NCBI RefSeq assembly: GCF_001194135.2
Contig: NC_068995.1
Location: 20,487,061-20,551,060, forward strand
Source of the DNA: Octopus bimaculoides
Lineage: Eukaryota
Direction: 5' to 3'
DNA length: 64,000 bases
The notes beneath the pieces were generated by a model. That model saw nothing but the letters and a program-made list of their open reading frames with translations, ran no database searches and was not told where the DNA came from. Numbering within the stretch: position 1 is the first letter of the stretch; each line of letters opens with the position of its first letter. Of this stretch, positions 62,571 to 64,000 are shown piece after piece. The position numbers and the translations under genes are program-made.

Positions 62571-64000
62571 GTTTGTGAGTGTGAGTAAAATGTGAATTCA
62601 TAGTATTTGATCTGGAATTTTAGTTGTGTAATCTTGCTTTATATATCTCCTCCACCCTTGCCAAGTTAAAAAAAAAATCACTTGAAGGCTTTTTTTTCAA
62701 TTTCACCCTATGGAAAGCACGCATTACACACTTAAACATACATAATAATAATAAAAAAAGCATATATTTTTTAATCTCAAAAAAACTGAGCATCTGGAAA
62801 TAAACTTTTTGTTCTGCTCCCATTGTCTTATGGCTCGATTTACCTCTTCATGCATTTCTTGTAGTTTTAACAGTAGTGTTGTTCAATTATAGTTTTTATT
62901 TATTTTTTAAAAAATTTTTTGCATTTTTTCTTTTATATTTTTAAACTTGGCTTGCTTCCCCCCACCCCACCAACCCCTTTCCTTACTTACAATTTTTTTT
63001 AGAGAAATCTTATTCCAAGCTACTTTGTGCAAATAGCACACATGCATATTATATGCATTTGTCTTTGGTTGTTTGGTTACTATTTTTTTTTCTTAATTCT
63101 GCTCATTCGAAGGCCCCAAAAACAGCCTTTACTTTGTTTATTACAGCTACTCATTCTAGGCTTGATTCACCCTGAGCACCAGTTTTAGGATGCTCTTGAA
63201 GTTTTTGTTAGCTATTAGCAAAGCTAAACAGAAACATGTGGTTAAAAGATTTAGTAGGTGTTTCCCTTGCCATGGAAATGTTTTCACATAGCAAGGTTCC
63301 GTATATAGTACGAATTTTCATTATTCCGGTCTCCCTCTGTGAAACTTACATGCATGTGATGTTCAAAATACAATCTTTATCTGGATAGTGTTATCTTTAA
63401 TAGTTTGTTCTAGTGGGTTGTTTCAATGTTTTTATTTTAACATATTAAATTTCTGGTTCATGGTGCTCATTTTCCAACACCTTGCTTGCTTATGTCCGGT
63501 TTCCAGCTGCATTGGAGCAGACTTAACTAATATATATGTACCTGTAAAATTTGGTTAAATTAGTTTATGTGGTAATGTTTACTGCCTACATTTTCTTAAT
63601 TGGCCTGAGCTATCTCACTAACATTTTTCATTTGAAAGGGGTGGCTGTGACATACCCAGATTCAACTCCTCCGACACAAAAAGGCCCATAATATGGTACT
63701 CTGATTTAGAATGTGGGTAATGATTCCAAAAAAAAAAAAAGGAAAAAATAAAGGAAAACCCAGCTAATTACTTAAGCTGTTTTAAAGATTTTTATTCAAC
63801 CATGGACATTTGGTCAGCTTAAAAGAAAATGGGTAGTTTAGACTTTTAACATTTCACCTTTCATATTTTTTATGATCTAAATTTGAAAGGTTCATAGATT
63901 CTTATTTATTTTATGTATTTTTGTAATCCTTAATGCTTCCGTTAGTCTTTTAATTTTTCCTATTTAATTGTATCATGTACCAAAATCAAAAAAAGTATTT

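Overview
AT-rich, microsatellite-dense eukaryotic genomic DNA with three N gaps. The SINE/MITE families match those I recall from Octopus (coleoid cephalopod) genomes, so the taxon is inferred, not proven. One protein-coding gene is supported: the large terminal coding exon of a MEX3 (KH-KH-RING RNA-binding E3 ligase) gene on the + strand at 58029-59467. It starts at a clean acceptor in the middle of KH1 (G|GC TGC AAG, ...G-CKIKALRAKTNTYIKTP...). The first coding exon was not found in the window, so most of 1-58028 is probably a very large first intron. That region carries several tRNA-derived SINE families, a TTAA-flanked piggyBac-type MITE family, two independent fossil hAT (Charlie/Buster-type) transposases and degraded LINE fragments. 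A microsatellite-rich probable 3' UTR follows the stop codon. I found no clearly novel multi-gene system. The best second-look candidates are a perfect 23-bp-stem hairpin of pre-miRNA size (54448-54512), a dense CAGCTG/UGCAUG motif cluster (53541-53739), a CpG-retaining promoter-like domain (~3100-7260), and fold-back structures that could be ADAR substrates.
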